From NCBI GenBank assembly GCA_043821365.1, contig JBDRCX010000006.1:448001-512000 (forward strand): a DNA stretch of 64,000 nt, written 5' to 3'. The notes beneath the pieces are model-generated. The model ran no database searches. It worked only from the letters and a program-made list of their open reading frames with translations, and was not told where the DNA came from. A program made the translations under genes and the position numbers. Below are positions 30,279 to 39,058 of the stretch, one piece after another; the first letter of the stretch is position 1; each line of letters opens with the position of its first letter. The stretch comes from Candidatus Micrarchaeota archaeon (GTDB lineage Archaea > Micrarchaeota > Micrarchaeia > Anstonellales > Bilamarchaeaceae).

Positions 30279-30791
30279 TTACTTTTTATCAGCTAGATAT
30301 TCCTTATTCAATCGAATATATTCTTCAATGTTTCTTTTTATTCTATTTTTGTGTTCTTCAGTTACTTGTTTTACTACTTTTCCAGGAATTCCCATAACAA
30401 TTGAGTTATTCGGTATCTGAGTTCCCTCAGTAATAACACTTCCAGCTCCTATTATGCAATTTTTCCCAATTTTAGATTTTGAAAGCAAGATGGCACCCAT
30501 GCCTATTATGCAATTTCCTTCTATTTCACAAGAATGCAGAACAGCATTATGGCCAACAGCAACATCATCTCCAATAGTAATAGGGATTCCCTGTTGAGTA
30601 TGAAGAACACAACCATCTTGTATGCTTACATTGTTTCCGATTTTTATTGCACCGATATCTGCCCTTACAGTTGCTTTATACCATACACTAGAACCATGGC
30701 CAATTTCAACATCACCAATTATCTCAGCACTTGATGCAATAAAGTTTTCTCCTCTTAAAATTGGTTTTTTACCTTGGAATTCATAAATCAT
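30279..30791 (-). CDS. Gamma-carbonic-anhydrase-like hexapeptide protein
   Basis: IGDVEIG, SIQDGCVLH, VGHNAVLHSC. Confidence 0.93.
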   Translation of the reverse strand: MIYEFQGKKPILRGENFIASSAEIIGDVEIGHGSSVWYKATVRADIGAIKIGNNVSIQDGCVLHTQQGIPITIGDDVAVGHNAVLHSCEIEGNCIIGMGAILLSKSKIGKNCIIGAGSVITEGTQIPNNSIVMGIPGKVVKQVTEEHKNRIKRNIEEYIRLNKEYLADKK

Positions 30792-30810
30792 TTTGTCACC
30801 TTATACAAAA

Positions 30811-31950
30811 CTACTTCTTCAAAATAACAATACTTTCCCTTGTTTTTACCTTTTGTGGTCTTATGTCTGCAATTCTTTCTGCACCTACTATTATCTCGGT
30901 TTTTCTAAACCCAATTCTTTCTGCTATTTGTGCAAAAATCTCATCAACAAGTACGTGTGTTTCATGAATAACAGAATTCGAAACAGTTATGTGTGCTTCC
31001 CCATTATCATTCAAAACTCTATACATTTCATTTATTGCAAGTTCCATGTCTCTGAAGTAAGTACCTATGATTGGTATTGTTCTTCCAATCTCTCCAACTT
31101 CCTCCGGCATCTCCCCAACATCCATCTGCTTTCCGATAAAAGATCGTACTGCCCGCATCCTAACTTCTGATGCTTCTGCTTTGCTCATATTAAGCAAGCT
31201 CAATTCCAAACCATAGACTTTCGAATAATCAATATTGTTCAAATAAGGCGGAGAAGTTGCTATCAAATCAATTGACTCGCTTTCAATATCACTTCCTCTT
31301 GCATCACCGAGATAAACCTGCGATCCATGGCCTTGTTTTTGGGTTTCAAGATCGCGTAACATTTTTTTTACTCTTCTTCTAAAAATCTCACGTGCTGGCA
31401 ATGCCCTCTTATTCTTCATTATCTTTAGTACTCCGCCATCTTTCAGAACTATGCTTGCTTGAGGCAAAACAGACAAAAGCGCAAGAAGAAGCAAATTTCT
31501 AACTCTGTCACCTTCTTTTTCAATTGCTTCACGCAACACTAAAATTTCATTGTGATTTCTTTTTGGAAATGCCGCTCTTACATCGAAGAGTTCAAAGTTC
31601 CAACGTATGTCTGATGGTGTTGGTTGCAATCTTTTTTCTAAAAATAGTCTTGCATTTTCAATGTCTTCTGAGGAATAATCATCTGTTTTTGTTTTTGATA
31701 TGAAAACTGCAAGAGTGGATGCATCCATTCCCATGGATTGAATCCCAAGATTCTTTGCAGTGAGTAAGGTTGTTCCAACTCCGCAAAACGGATCCAAAAT
31801 ACTTTTTGGTTGGCCGAATTTTTTTATTGAATATTCAACTATTTCAGGTGCAAAACCTTCTTTGTACCAAAACCAACCATGTATTGGTTTTTCTTTGCTG
31901 AATTCAAATGTCATATACGGGCCAAGTTCAGGCTTATTTATGATCTGCAT
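30811..31950 (-). CDS. Amino-DNA methyltransferase (m4C/m6A), orphan
   Basis: HGWFWYKEGFA, LDPFCGVGTT (motif I), TSPPY (motif IV). Confidence 0.88.
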   Translation of the reverse strand: MQIINKPELGPYMTFEFSKEKPIHGWFWYKEGFAPEIVEYSIKKFGQPKSILDPFCGVGTTLLTAKNLGIQSMGMDASTLAVFISKTKTDDYSSEDIENARLFLEKRLQPTPSDIRWNFELFDVRAAFPKRNHNEILVLREAIEKEGDRVRNLLLLALLSVLPQASIVLKDGGVLKIMKNKRALPAREIFRRRVKKMLRDLETQKQGHGSQVYLGDARGSDIESESIDLIATSPPYLNNIDYSKVYGLELSLLNMSKAEASEVRMRAVRSFIGKQMDVGEMPEEVGEIGRTIPIIGTYFRDMELAINEMYRVLNDNGEAHITVSNSVIHETHVLVDEIFAQIAERIGFRKTEIIVGAERIADIRPQKVKTRESIVILKK

Positions 31951-32350
31951 TTTTGCGCCTCTTTGCAAGAGCTACTGCTTCTTTAGACAGTTTATCCGCA
32001 TCATTATTTTTCTCTCTTGGTATATGTTCAAACGAAACCTTTATCCCGACACAGAGGTGGTCAACATGTTTTTTCAATAGAATAAGTTCTGGGTCCTTTA
32101 CCTTGTACTGGTTGTTTAACTGTCTTATTGCAAGTTCACTATCACTTTTTATGTGAACTTCCATCTCACCCATATTATGAGCTGTTTCAAGTGCTTTTAT
32201 TATTGCTTTATACTCTGCAATATTATTCGTTCCTTCACCCAAATATTCACTAAGCTGTTCAACTACAAAACCATCTTTTATTAGCACAACTCCTATTCCC
32301 ATCGGACCTGGATTTCCGCTTGATGCACCATCGGTAAAAGCTATTATCAT
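31934..32350 (-). CDS. rnhA: Ribonuclease HI
   Basis: FTDGASSGNPG, TNNIAEY, SDSEL, HIPREKNNDAD. Confidence 0.93.
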   Translation of the reverse strand: MIIAFTDGASSGNPGPMGIGVVLIKDGFVVEQLSEYLGEGTNNIAEYKAIIKALETAHNMGEMEVHIKSDSELAIRQLNNQYKVKDPELILLKKHVDHLCVGIKVSFEHIPREKNNDADKLSKEAVALAKRRKNADHK

Positions 32351-32403
32351 GTTTAAACTATCGACTAATCTGTTTTTAATTTGCATTATCCTACAACCAC
32401 ATT

Positions 32404-32895
32404 ATGGAAGAAATTGAATTTACAAATGATTTTCTTATACTAAGAAACAAATCACTCATACTTAAGTTAAGAAGTCTTGGTGCAGGTATAGAGGAAAGAG
32501 AAGAAACAAAAATTACCTATCTTGAAGCAGCATATTTTGCTGATAGAAAAGTTTTGCCCATAGATAAAGAAAAATTACTTGAACATGCAGGAAAACAAGA
32601 CAAACTATCTAAGGAAAAATATACAGTAATCAAATATCTGAGAGACCGGGGCTACATAGTAAGGCCTAGTTTGGATGGAACACCCTATTTGAGACTTCAT
32701 AGAAAAGGATATCGTCCAGGAGAAGATAAAACATATTATCTGATACATGTTGTGCAAAAGGATTGGAAAGCAAGCATGGAAAATCTGATTCTTCCTCTTG
32801 AAGCTGCAAGCAGATTACGTAAGGAGCTGGCAATTGCTGTTGTTGATGGTGAAGAACCAAGATTCTTGAAATTTGCCAGATTGAATTTTGACTAA
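32404..32895 (+). CDS. endA: tRNA splicing endonuclease subunit, probably structural (non-catalytic)
   Basis: YLEAAYF, KYLRDRGYIV, RLRKELAIAVVD; the canonical catalytic Tyr and His positions appear substituted. Confidence 0.85.
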   Translation: MEEIEFTNDFLILRNKSLILKLRSLGAGIEEREETKITYLEAAYFADRKVLPIDKEKLLEHAGKQDKLSKEKYTVIKYLRDRGYIVRPSLDGTPYLRLHRKGYRPGEDKTYYLIHVVQKDWKASMENLILPLEAASRLRKELAIAVVDGEEPRFLKFARLNFD

Positions 32896-33001
32896 AACAC
32901 AGATTTATATATTCTATCATTGTTATAGTAAATTAGATTTGGTGTAAAAATGCTGGAGCATTTTTACTGCATCAAAATCTGAATTTTGATATGGTGTTAG
33001 A

Positions 33002-33451
33002 ATGACTGATATCGCACAATATGCACATTTAATAGTTGGAGCAAGAGTGGACCACTTTAAGGGAGCTGCAATAGGAGTTGCTTTTTTTCCAGATCCACCA
33101 GATAGAAAAACACTTACAAGAATGGGGTTCAACGTTGTCCAGACGATGGAACGTGTTCTAGTTGATGTTGATGCAGCTAAAGATGGTGCAGCGCAGGTTC
33201 CAAAAGAACCAACATTATTTTTCTTTGAAAGAGGCCCAAACAACCAAACCACATTTATAGCAAAACTAGAACCAGATGGTTCAATTGGTTCTGTAAAAAA
33301 AGAAGATCTTGGTCCATGCCATGTTATTCCAAGACTTTGTGGCAGCCAAGCTGAGAGATTAATTCCAAAACCTACTGGTCCCCAATTAGCCGATGCAAAA
33401 AAACTCGGGACTAAACCAGCAGGACAAAACGGACAAAGATTGCGCCGCTAG
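33002..33451 (+). CDS. Hypothetical orphan protein
   Basis: 149-aa ORF with no motif recognised. Confidence 0.6.
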   Translation: MTDIAQYAHLIVGARVDHFKGAAIGVAFFPDPPDRKTLTRMGFNVVQTMERVLVDVDAAKDGAAQVPKEPTLFFFERGPNNQTTFIAKLEPDGSIGSVKKEDLGPCHVIPRLCGSQAERLIPKPTGPQLADAKKLGTKPAGQNGQRLRR

Positions 33452-33482
33452 ACTTTTTAATTTCCCTTTCTAATTACTATTA

Positions 33483-34994
33483 ATGGAAGACTCCCTAGGA
33501 ATTATATTAGCTACTGAAGAATCCCCTTCGACTTCTGAATTTTCTTTTGTAGTCAAAGAGAAAAATATCAAAAAAGGGCAGTATGTGCAAGTTAAGCATT
33601 CAAATGGAATTCTTTTTGGTTTTATCTCAGAAGTTTTCAAATCAAACAGATATTTTGAACGTGCAGAAAGTGTTGCTGAATTTGAAAAAACAACATCAAT
33701 TCCATCTCAGTTTCCATCTGATTCATGGGAGTATGTTATCGGTGTTGTAAAAATTCTTGGTGTTTTTGATAATGAAAAATTCCAGCGTTCATTTACCCCA
33801 CCGTCACCAGGTGCAACAGTAAAACTAGCAGACAATGATTTACTCAAAAAATTCCTTGGTTTTCAGGATGATGGCATCCACATTGGATCAATAGAGCATC
33901 ATAATGTTGACGCAAAACTTTCAATGACTAAACTTCTCCAGAAGCACTTTGCAATTCTAGCGATGAGCGGTGCAGGTAAATCTCATCTTGCCAGCGTTTT
34001 ATTAGAAGAATTATTATTACGAGAAAAACAAGAGGGTAGGGTTGCAGTTGTTATCATCGATCTTCACGGTGAATATTGTGGTTTTTCACATGATTCTGTT
34101 TTTGGTTCAAAAACAAAAATAGTTGAAGGAAGTGAAATAAAATTTCCATTGAAAAAACTCTCATCTGAAATAATAAGTGGTTGGCTTCCCTATTTATCAG
34201 CACCTCAAAGAGATGTTCTAAGACATGCTCTGGTCAAATTAAAACAAGATAAAACAAATTCAGAAGGATATGGTTTCAAGGATCTTATTTCTGTTATTGA
34301 CTCTACTGATGTTTCAAAAGAAGAAGTGAAAAGAGCGCTTAAACGCAGTTTAAGTGAATTGAAGCGTTATCGTTTTATTTCAAAGAAAATTGAAAATCCA
34401 AAACTTCTATCAGATGTAAAACCTGGCCATATGCTTATTCTTGATTTCAATTCAATTGACTCTTTGAGAAAAAAACAAATCTTAGTTTCACTTGTTGCCC
34501 GTAGACTTTTCAGCTTGAGAAAAAAAGGCAAAATTCCTCCATTTTTGCTATTAATTGAAGAAGCACACAATTTCGCAAAAGAAAAGGCAGAAGAAAGTGC
34601 AGCAGTTTCAAGAAGCATAATAGAAACAATTGCAAGAGAAGGGAGGAAATTTGGTGCATCATTGTGTTTGATCAGCCAAAGACCAGTGAATTTGAGTACA
34701 ACTGCACTGAGCCAATGCAACACTCATATAATTTTACGTGTGACAAATCCAAATGATCTTGATCATATCCAAATGAGTTCTGAAGGTATTGATTCACGAG
34801 TTGCAAAAAGTATAACTGGACTTAAAGTTGGTGAAGCAATTGTTGTTGGAGAAGCAGTTAACTATCCTATTTTTGTAAGCGTTCGTGATAGGAAATCAAT
34901 TAAAAGAGAAAAAGGCGCACCTCTTCACATACAGGCAAAAGAATTTGAAGAAAAACAGGAAAAAAAGGAAAAAAACGTTGAAGCATTTTTGTGA
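33483..34994 (+). CDS. HerA/FtsK-superfamily (DUF87) ATPase with HAS-barrel-like N-terminus
   Basis: AMSGAGKS, IIDLHGEY, LIEEAHNF, REGRKFG, SQRP. Confidence 0.92.
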   Translation: MEDSLGIILATEESPSTSEFSFVVKEKNIKKGQYVQVKHSNGILFGFISEVFKSNRYFERAESVAEFEKTTSIPSQFPSDSWEYVIGVVKILGVFDNEKFQRSFTPPSPGATVKLADNDLLKKFLGFQDDGIHIGSIEHHNVDAKLSMTKLLQKHFAILAMSGAGKSHLASVLLEELLLREKQEGRVAVVIIDLHGEYCGFSHDSVFGSKTKIVEGSEIKFPLKKLSSEIISGWLPYLSAPQRDVLRHALVKLKQDKTNSEGYGFKDLISVIDSTDVSKEEVKRALKRSLSELKRYRFISKKIENPKLLSDVKPGHMLILDFNSIDSLRKKQILVSLVARRLFSLRKKGKIPPFLLLIEEAHNFAKEKAEESAAVSRSIIETIAREGRKFGASLCLISQRPVNLSTTALSQCNTHIILRVTNPNDLDHIQMSSEGIDSRVAKSITGLKVGEAIVVGEAVNYPIFVSVRDRKSIKREKGAPLHIQAKEFEEKQEKKEKNVEAFL

Positions 34995-35032
34995 ATCAAT
35001 AATATAAACTTTATTACACTAAGTATAACAAC

Positions 35033-35827
35033 ATGCGCAAAAGATTAGTCATACCAGAACGTCCACGTGATACACTGTCAGATGCATCCTTTACAACTTC
35101 AATTGCTGGTTATACTGGTTCTAGGAGAAAAACAACAAGCATGCGCAAAACTTTTGGTATTTTCGATCCACTGGCATTTGGAAAACCACTACCTCTTAAT
35201 TCTCGGGTTGAACCAGAAGAACAGTTGCCAGATCGTCGTCTTCTTTATCGTGCATCTTATTTGGAAGGTTTTGTCGAAACAGAAATGCCTGGTTTTGTAG
35301 AGTTTACAAGAGATGGTCCAAAGGTTTTTACAATTGGGAAAGAAGGGGTAGCTCAACTTTATCCACACGATCTCCCAACAAATCTATTTGTTTCTCTAAA
35401 TCCAAAACTTGCAATGCTTTATGCTCAAGATCCACTTCTTTCCAGAAGAATCTGCTCTATGTTGCTTGCAACCAGTTCCCGTCCATTTGCAACATTTCTA
35501 ACAACTTCATTTGGATTACACGAAGATCATTCTAAATTTTTCATTGCATTATCAGATATTACTGATTTTCATCCTGTTGTTAGGCTTTCGATGAGAAATG
35601 CATCGTTCACTCTTGTACCTAGTCGTAATGATGCCAGTGCTCTTCACTGGGAAGGCAGGGCAGTTTTTTCATCACAAGTTGCATTTACGGTTGGTAGGGA
35701 GATCTATATATATCAAGAATTTGATCAATCAGCTGTTTCTTATTATTTAGGTAGTGGTGAGAATGTATTACGTTATCGTAGTCTGTATTTTGGACTATCT
35801 CACGATGGTAGACTATACATAAACTAA
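35033..35827 (+). CDS. Hypothetical orphan protein
   Basis: 264-aa ORF with no motif recognised. Confidence 0.6.
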   Translation: MRKRLVIPERPRDTLSDASFTTSIAGYTGSRRKTTSMRKTFGIFDPLAFGKPLPLNSRVEPEEQLPDRRLLYRASYLEGFVETEMPGFVEFTRDGPKVFTIGKEGVAQLYPHDLPTNLFVSLNPKLAMLYAQDPLLSRRICSMLLATSSRPFATFLTTSFGLHEDHSKFFIALSDITDFHPVVRLSMRNASFTLVPSRNDASALHWEGRAVFSSQVAFTVGREIYIYQEFDQSAVSYYLGSGENVLRYRSLYFGLSHDGRLYIN

Positions 35828-35877
35828 GTTTGGCACTAGAAGAGCAAATTTTTAATCCTTAATCAAGATATAAGCAC

Positions 35878-36684
35878 ATGCTCGGCAGATCTATAATATT
35901 CGTTTTACTTGCGTGTTCACTGTCTTTTGCACTTAATATTGTTTCACCCAGTTCTCATGCTATCGAAGATAGGGACATTATTGATCTCGGAACAATCGGT
36001 CCTGGTCAAACAGTTTCTATTCTCATTGATCCAAAAGTGAGCGATGGTGGTATTTTTGGCTCTGGTGGATTATACGACCAAGCAGTTGTAACTGATCTTC
36101 CAGCTGGGTGGGAAAGCACTGAAAGTAAGTTATATCAAAACCCACTTCAAGTTACAATAACTGCCGATCCCAATGCCCCAGAAGGGGATTATGCAATAAC
36201 TCTTGTAGCAATAGATGAAGCCAATGGTGAAAAATTAGGCAACGTTACTTTCTATGCAAAAGTCAGAATCACTTGGGATGTTATGGATTTTGAAGTTTCA
36301 CCATCCTATCTTGTAGCTGGTCCAGGTCAGCCAGCAAGGTTTGAAATAAAAATTACCAATCTTGGTTCAACAAGCGATGTTTTCCAAGTAAGTTCAGTTG
36401 GCTCAAAAAGATGGGAATTCAAAAAACCAATTTTTGTACCTGCACAATCATCCAAAACAATTTTTTATGAAGTTGTTGGAACTGAGGAAGAAACCTACCA
36501 AACATCAATCAAAGTTGTTTCTCTTGCAAGTGACAATATCGCAAGTGAAAAAAACGTTACAATGTTTGTAAGGTCAGATCTTCTTGGTGATTATAAAGCA
36601 ACAAACAATGGTGTGTTAGTATTCCCGATATTTGAATCACTTACCTATTCACTAGCTGGTTTATTGTCAAATTTCTTAGGCTGA
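35878..36684 (+). CDS. Secreted Ig-like protein with C-terminal anchor
   Basis: Signal peptide, beta-sandwich pattern (APEGDYAITL, ITNLGSTSDVF), hydrophobic C-terminus. Confidence 0.7.
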   Translation: MLGRSIIFVLLACSLSFALNIVSPSSHAIEDRDIIDLGTIGPGQTVSILIDPKVSDGGIFGSGGLYDQAVVTDLPAGWESTESKLYQNPLQVTITADPNAPEGDYAITLVAIDEANGEKLGNVTFYAKVRITWDVMDFEVSPSYLVAGPGQPARFEIKITNLGSTSDVFQVSSVGSKRWEFKKPIFVPAQSSKTIFYEVVGTEEETYQTSIKVVSLASDNIASEKNVTMFVRSDLLGDYKATNNGVLVFPIFESLTYSLAGLLSNFLG

Positions 36685-36727
36685 TTCTTTTTTATGTGCT
36701 CATGCACTAAATAAAAGATGTGAAGTA

Positions 36728-38269
36728 ATGCATACCAAATCTCAAAAACAGGATAGAGAAAGTGCTGTTGATTTTATTATAAAAAAAATACTCGAAGGTG
36801 AGCGTAAGCTTGATAAATTAAAACGCCAGGCATCGCACATGTTCCATTGTTCATCATTAATAAAAAACCCAGAAATTTTAGAAAGATTTCCAAAAAATAA
36901 ACTAACAAAAGAAATCCAATTACTTCTTATAAAAAAACCCACTAGAACACTTTCTGGTGTGACTCCAATTGCAGTAATGATCAAGCCCCAGGGTTCCTGT
37001 TCTTATAATTGCATTTATTGTCCCATGCCAGACCTTGCTGCTAAAAGCTATACTGGTTTTGAACCAGCTGCTCTTCGTGCAAGGCAGTATGGTTTTGATC
37101 CATATATGCAGGCATTGAGTAGGGTGGAACAGTTTGAAGGCGGAGGTCATTCAACTGATAAATGCGAAGTTATTGTTATGGGCGGAACGTTCCTCCAGAT
37201 GAATCCAACTTATAAAAAAAGTTTCATAAAAGGAATCTATGATGGTTTGAATGGTTTTAAGTCACAATCCCTTGCCTCTGCAATGAAACATAATGAAACT
37301 GCAAAACACAGGGCAATCGGTCTTACAATAGAAACACGGCCAGATGTTTGTACAAAATATATCAATGAAATGCTATCATATGGTGCAACAAGAGTTGAAC
37401 TTGGAGTGCAACATCCAGATGATAAAATTTATGCTTTAGTTCAAAGGGGACACAAAGTTAAGGATGTTACTGATTCCACTAAAAAACTAAAAGATTCTGC
37501 TTTTAAGGTTCTTTATCATATCATGCCAGGGCTTCCTGGCTCCAGTCCAAAAAAAGATATTAAATTCGTAAAAAAATTATTTGCTGACGAAAATTTCAGA
37601 CCAGATATGCTGAAAATATACCCAACTCTTGTTGTTGGCGGAACAAAACTCGAAAGAATGGCAAAATCAGGAAAATACATTCCCTATTCTGCAGAAGAAG
37701 CTGCTGATATTATTTCTGAGTTCTATCGTTATATCCCAAATTATGTGAGAGTGATGCGTATCCAGAGGGATATACCATCACCAAAAATACAATCTGGTGT
37801 CAAAAAAAGCAATTTACGTGAACTTGTTGAAGCTAAAATTAGAGAGAAGAAAATAATTCCTAATGAAATTCGCTATCGCGAAGTTGGTTTACAAAAAAGA
37901 AAACTAGATCTTTCAGATTTTGAGCTAAAAATAACTGAATACAAAGCAAATGGTGGAAAGGAATTTTTTATTTCTTATGAGAATGAAGGTATTCTAGCAG
38001 GTTTTATTCGCCTGAGATTTCCAAAAAATTCATCAGCCTTAATTCGCGAACTTCATGTTTATGGGGCAGAAGTTCCACTTGATGGTGAAGGTAAAGTACA
38101 GCACATGGGTTTTGGTAATAATCTTTTGAAAAAAGCAGAAGAAATCTCCCAGGATAACAATAAAGATGAAATTTTGATAATTAGTGGGGTTGGGGTTAGG
38201 GAATATTACAGAAAAAAAGGTTACACTCTTTCAAAAACATACATGAGAAAAAAATTACCCCTTCACTGA
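36728..38269 (+). CDS. elp3: Elp3 tRNA U34 acetyltransferase (radical SAM + GNAT)
   Basis: CSYNCIYCP, ETRPD, ELGVQH, KIYPT, RELHVYG, QHMGFG. Confidence 0.97.
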   Translation: MHTKSQKQDRESAVDFIIKKILEGERKLDKLKRQASHMFHCSSLIKNPEILERFPKNKLTKEIQLLLIKKPTRTLSGVTPIAVMIKPQGSCSYNCIYCPMPDLAAKSYTGFEPAALRARQYGFDPYMQALSRVEQFEGGGHSTDKCEVIVMGGTFLQMNPTYKKSFIKGIYDGLNGFKSQSLASAMKHNETAKHRAIGLTIETRPDVCTKYINEMLSYGATRVELGVQHPDDKIYALVQRGHKVKDVTDSTKKLKDSAFKVLYHIMPGLPGSSPKKDIKFVKKLFADENFRPDMLKIYPTLVVGGTKLERMAKSGKYIPYSAEEAADIISEFYRYIPNYVRVMRIQRDIPSPKIQSGVKKSNLRELVEAKIREKKIIPNEIRYREVGLQKRKLDLSDFELKITEYKANGGKEFFISYENEGILAGFIRLRFPKNSSALIRELHVYGAEVPLDGEGKVQHMGFGNNLLKKAEEISQDNNKDEILIISGVGVREYYRKKGYTLSKTYMRKKLPLH

Positions 38270-39058
38270 AATTTTTTCCTCTTCCCAATATTCTTTGAGG
38301 AGCTCATCTTGTTGTTTTAACAAACCAAGATAATCTTTTTGCAATGTGCTAAAATGTCCTTCTTCTTCATCACCAAAAATCCGGATTTGTCTTTCAGCAT
38401 TTTTTAGCTGTATCTTGGCGTTGATTTCACTTATTCTTTTCAAATTCTCTTGAATTTCTATAAGTGCTTTTGGATTTATCCACACAGTTCTGTTTGATAT
38501 CTCGACTTTAACCTCGTTTTCTACTGTCTGGGTTGGCATATAATCTTTTTCAAAATCTGCTAAACCAAGTCCGCATCGTTTCATTATTTGCACAAGTTTC
38601 TTTTTGTCTGTTTCAGTGATTGATTCTACTTTCAATGGTTTTGCAAGACATCCAGCTGCAATAACATCAAGAACGGCTTTCCTCTCCTCAGTGTTCATCT
38701 TTGCTGCTATTAAGCATAATTTGGCTATTTCAAATCTGTTCTCATAATTTGTTTTGACTATTACTCCTCTTTCTTGAAGGATGTCATAAGCTTTTCCTTC
38801 TTTTGTTTTGATTGAATCTTTTATCTCTTCCTTTGTAAATCCGCTCAAAACCTTTGCCAATGCATCAAGTTTTCTCTGGTGTGGGTAAATAAGTTCTATA
38901 TTGCAGCTTTTTGCTTTGGCCATCAATTTTGCCCAATTAGCTTCAACTGACTTTAATTCGTGGGAGTCATCACAGTAAATATTTTTTTTGAACTCTAGTT
39001 CGGCCTTCTTCTTACTTAATTCGATGAGTCTTCCTATATCGCGGGCCGTTAGTTCCAT
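38255..39058 (-). CDS. Hypothetical coiled-coil protein
   Basis: 267-aa ORF with K/E-rich heptads. Confidence 0.65.
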   Translation of the reverse strand: MELTARDIGRLIELSKKKAELEFKKNIYCDDSHELKSVEANWAKLMAKAKSCNIELIYPHQRKLDALAKVLSGFTKEEIKDSIKTKEGKAYDILQERGVIVKTNYENRFEIAKLCLIAAKMNTEERKAVLDVIAAGCLAKPLKVESITETDKKKLVQIMKRCGLGLADFEKDYMPTQTVENEVKVEISNRTVWINPKALIEIQENLKRISEINAKIQLKNAERQIRIFGDEEEGHFSTLQKDYLGLLKQQDELLKEYWEEEKISVKG

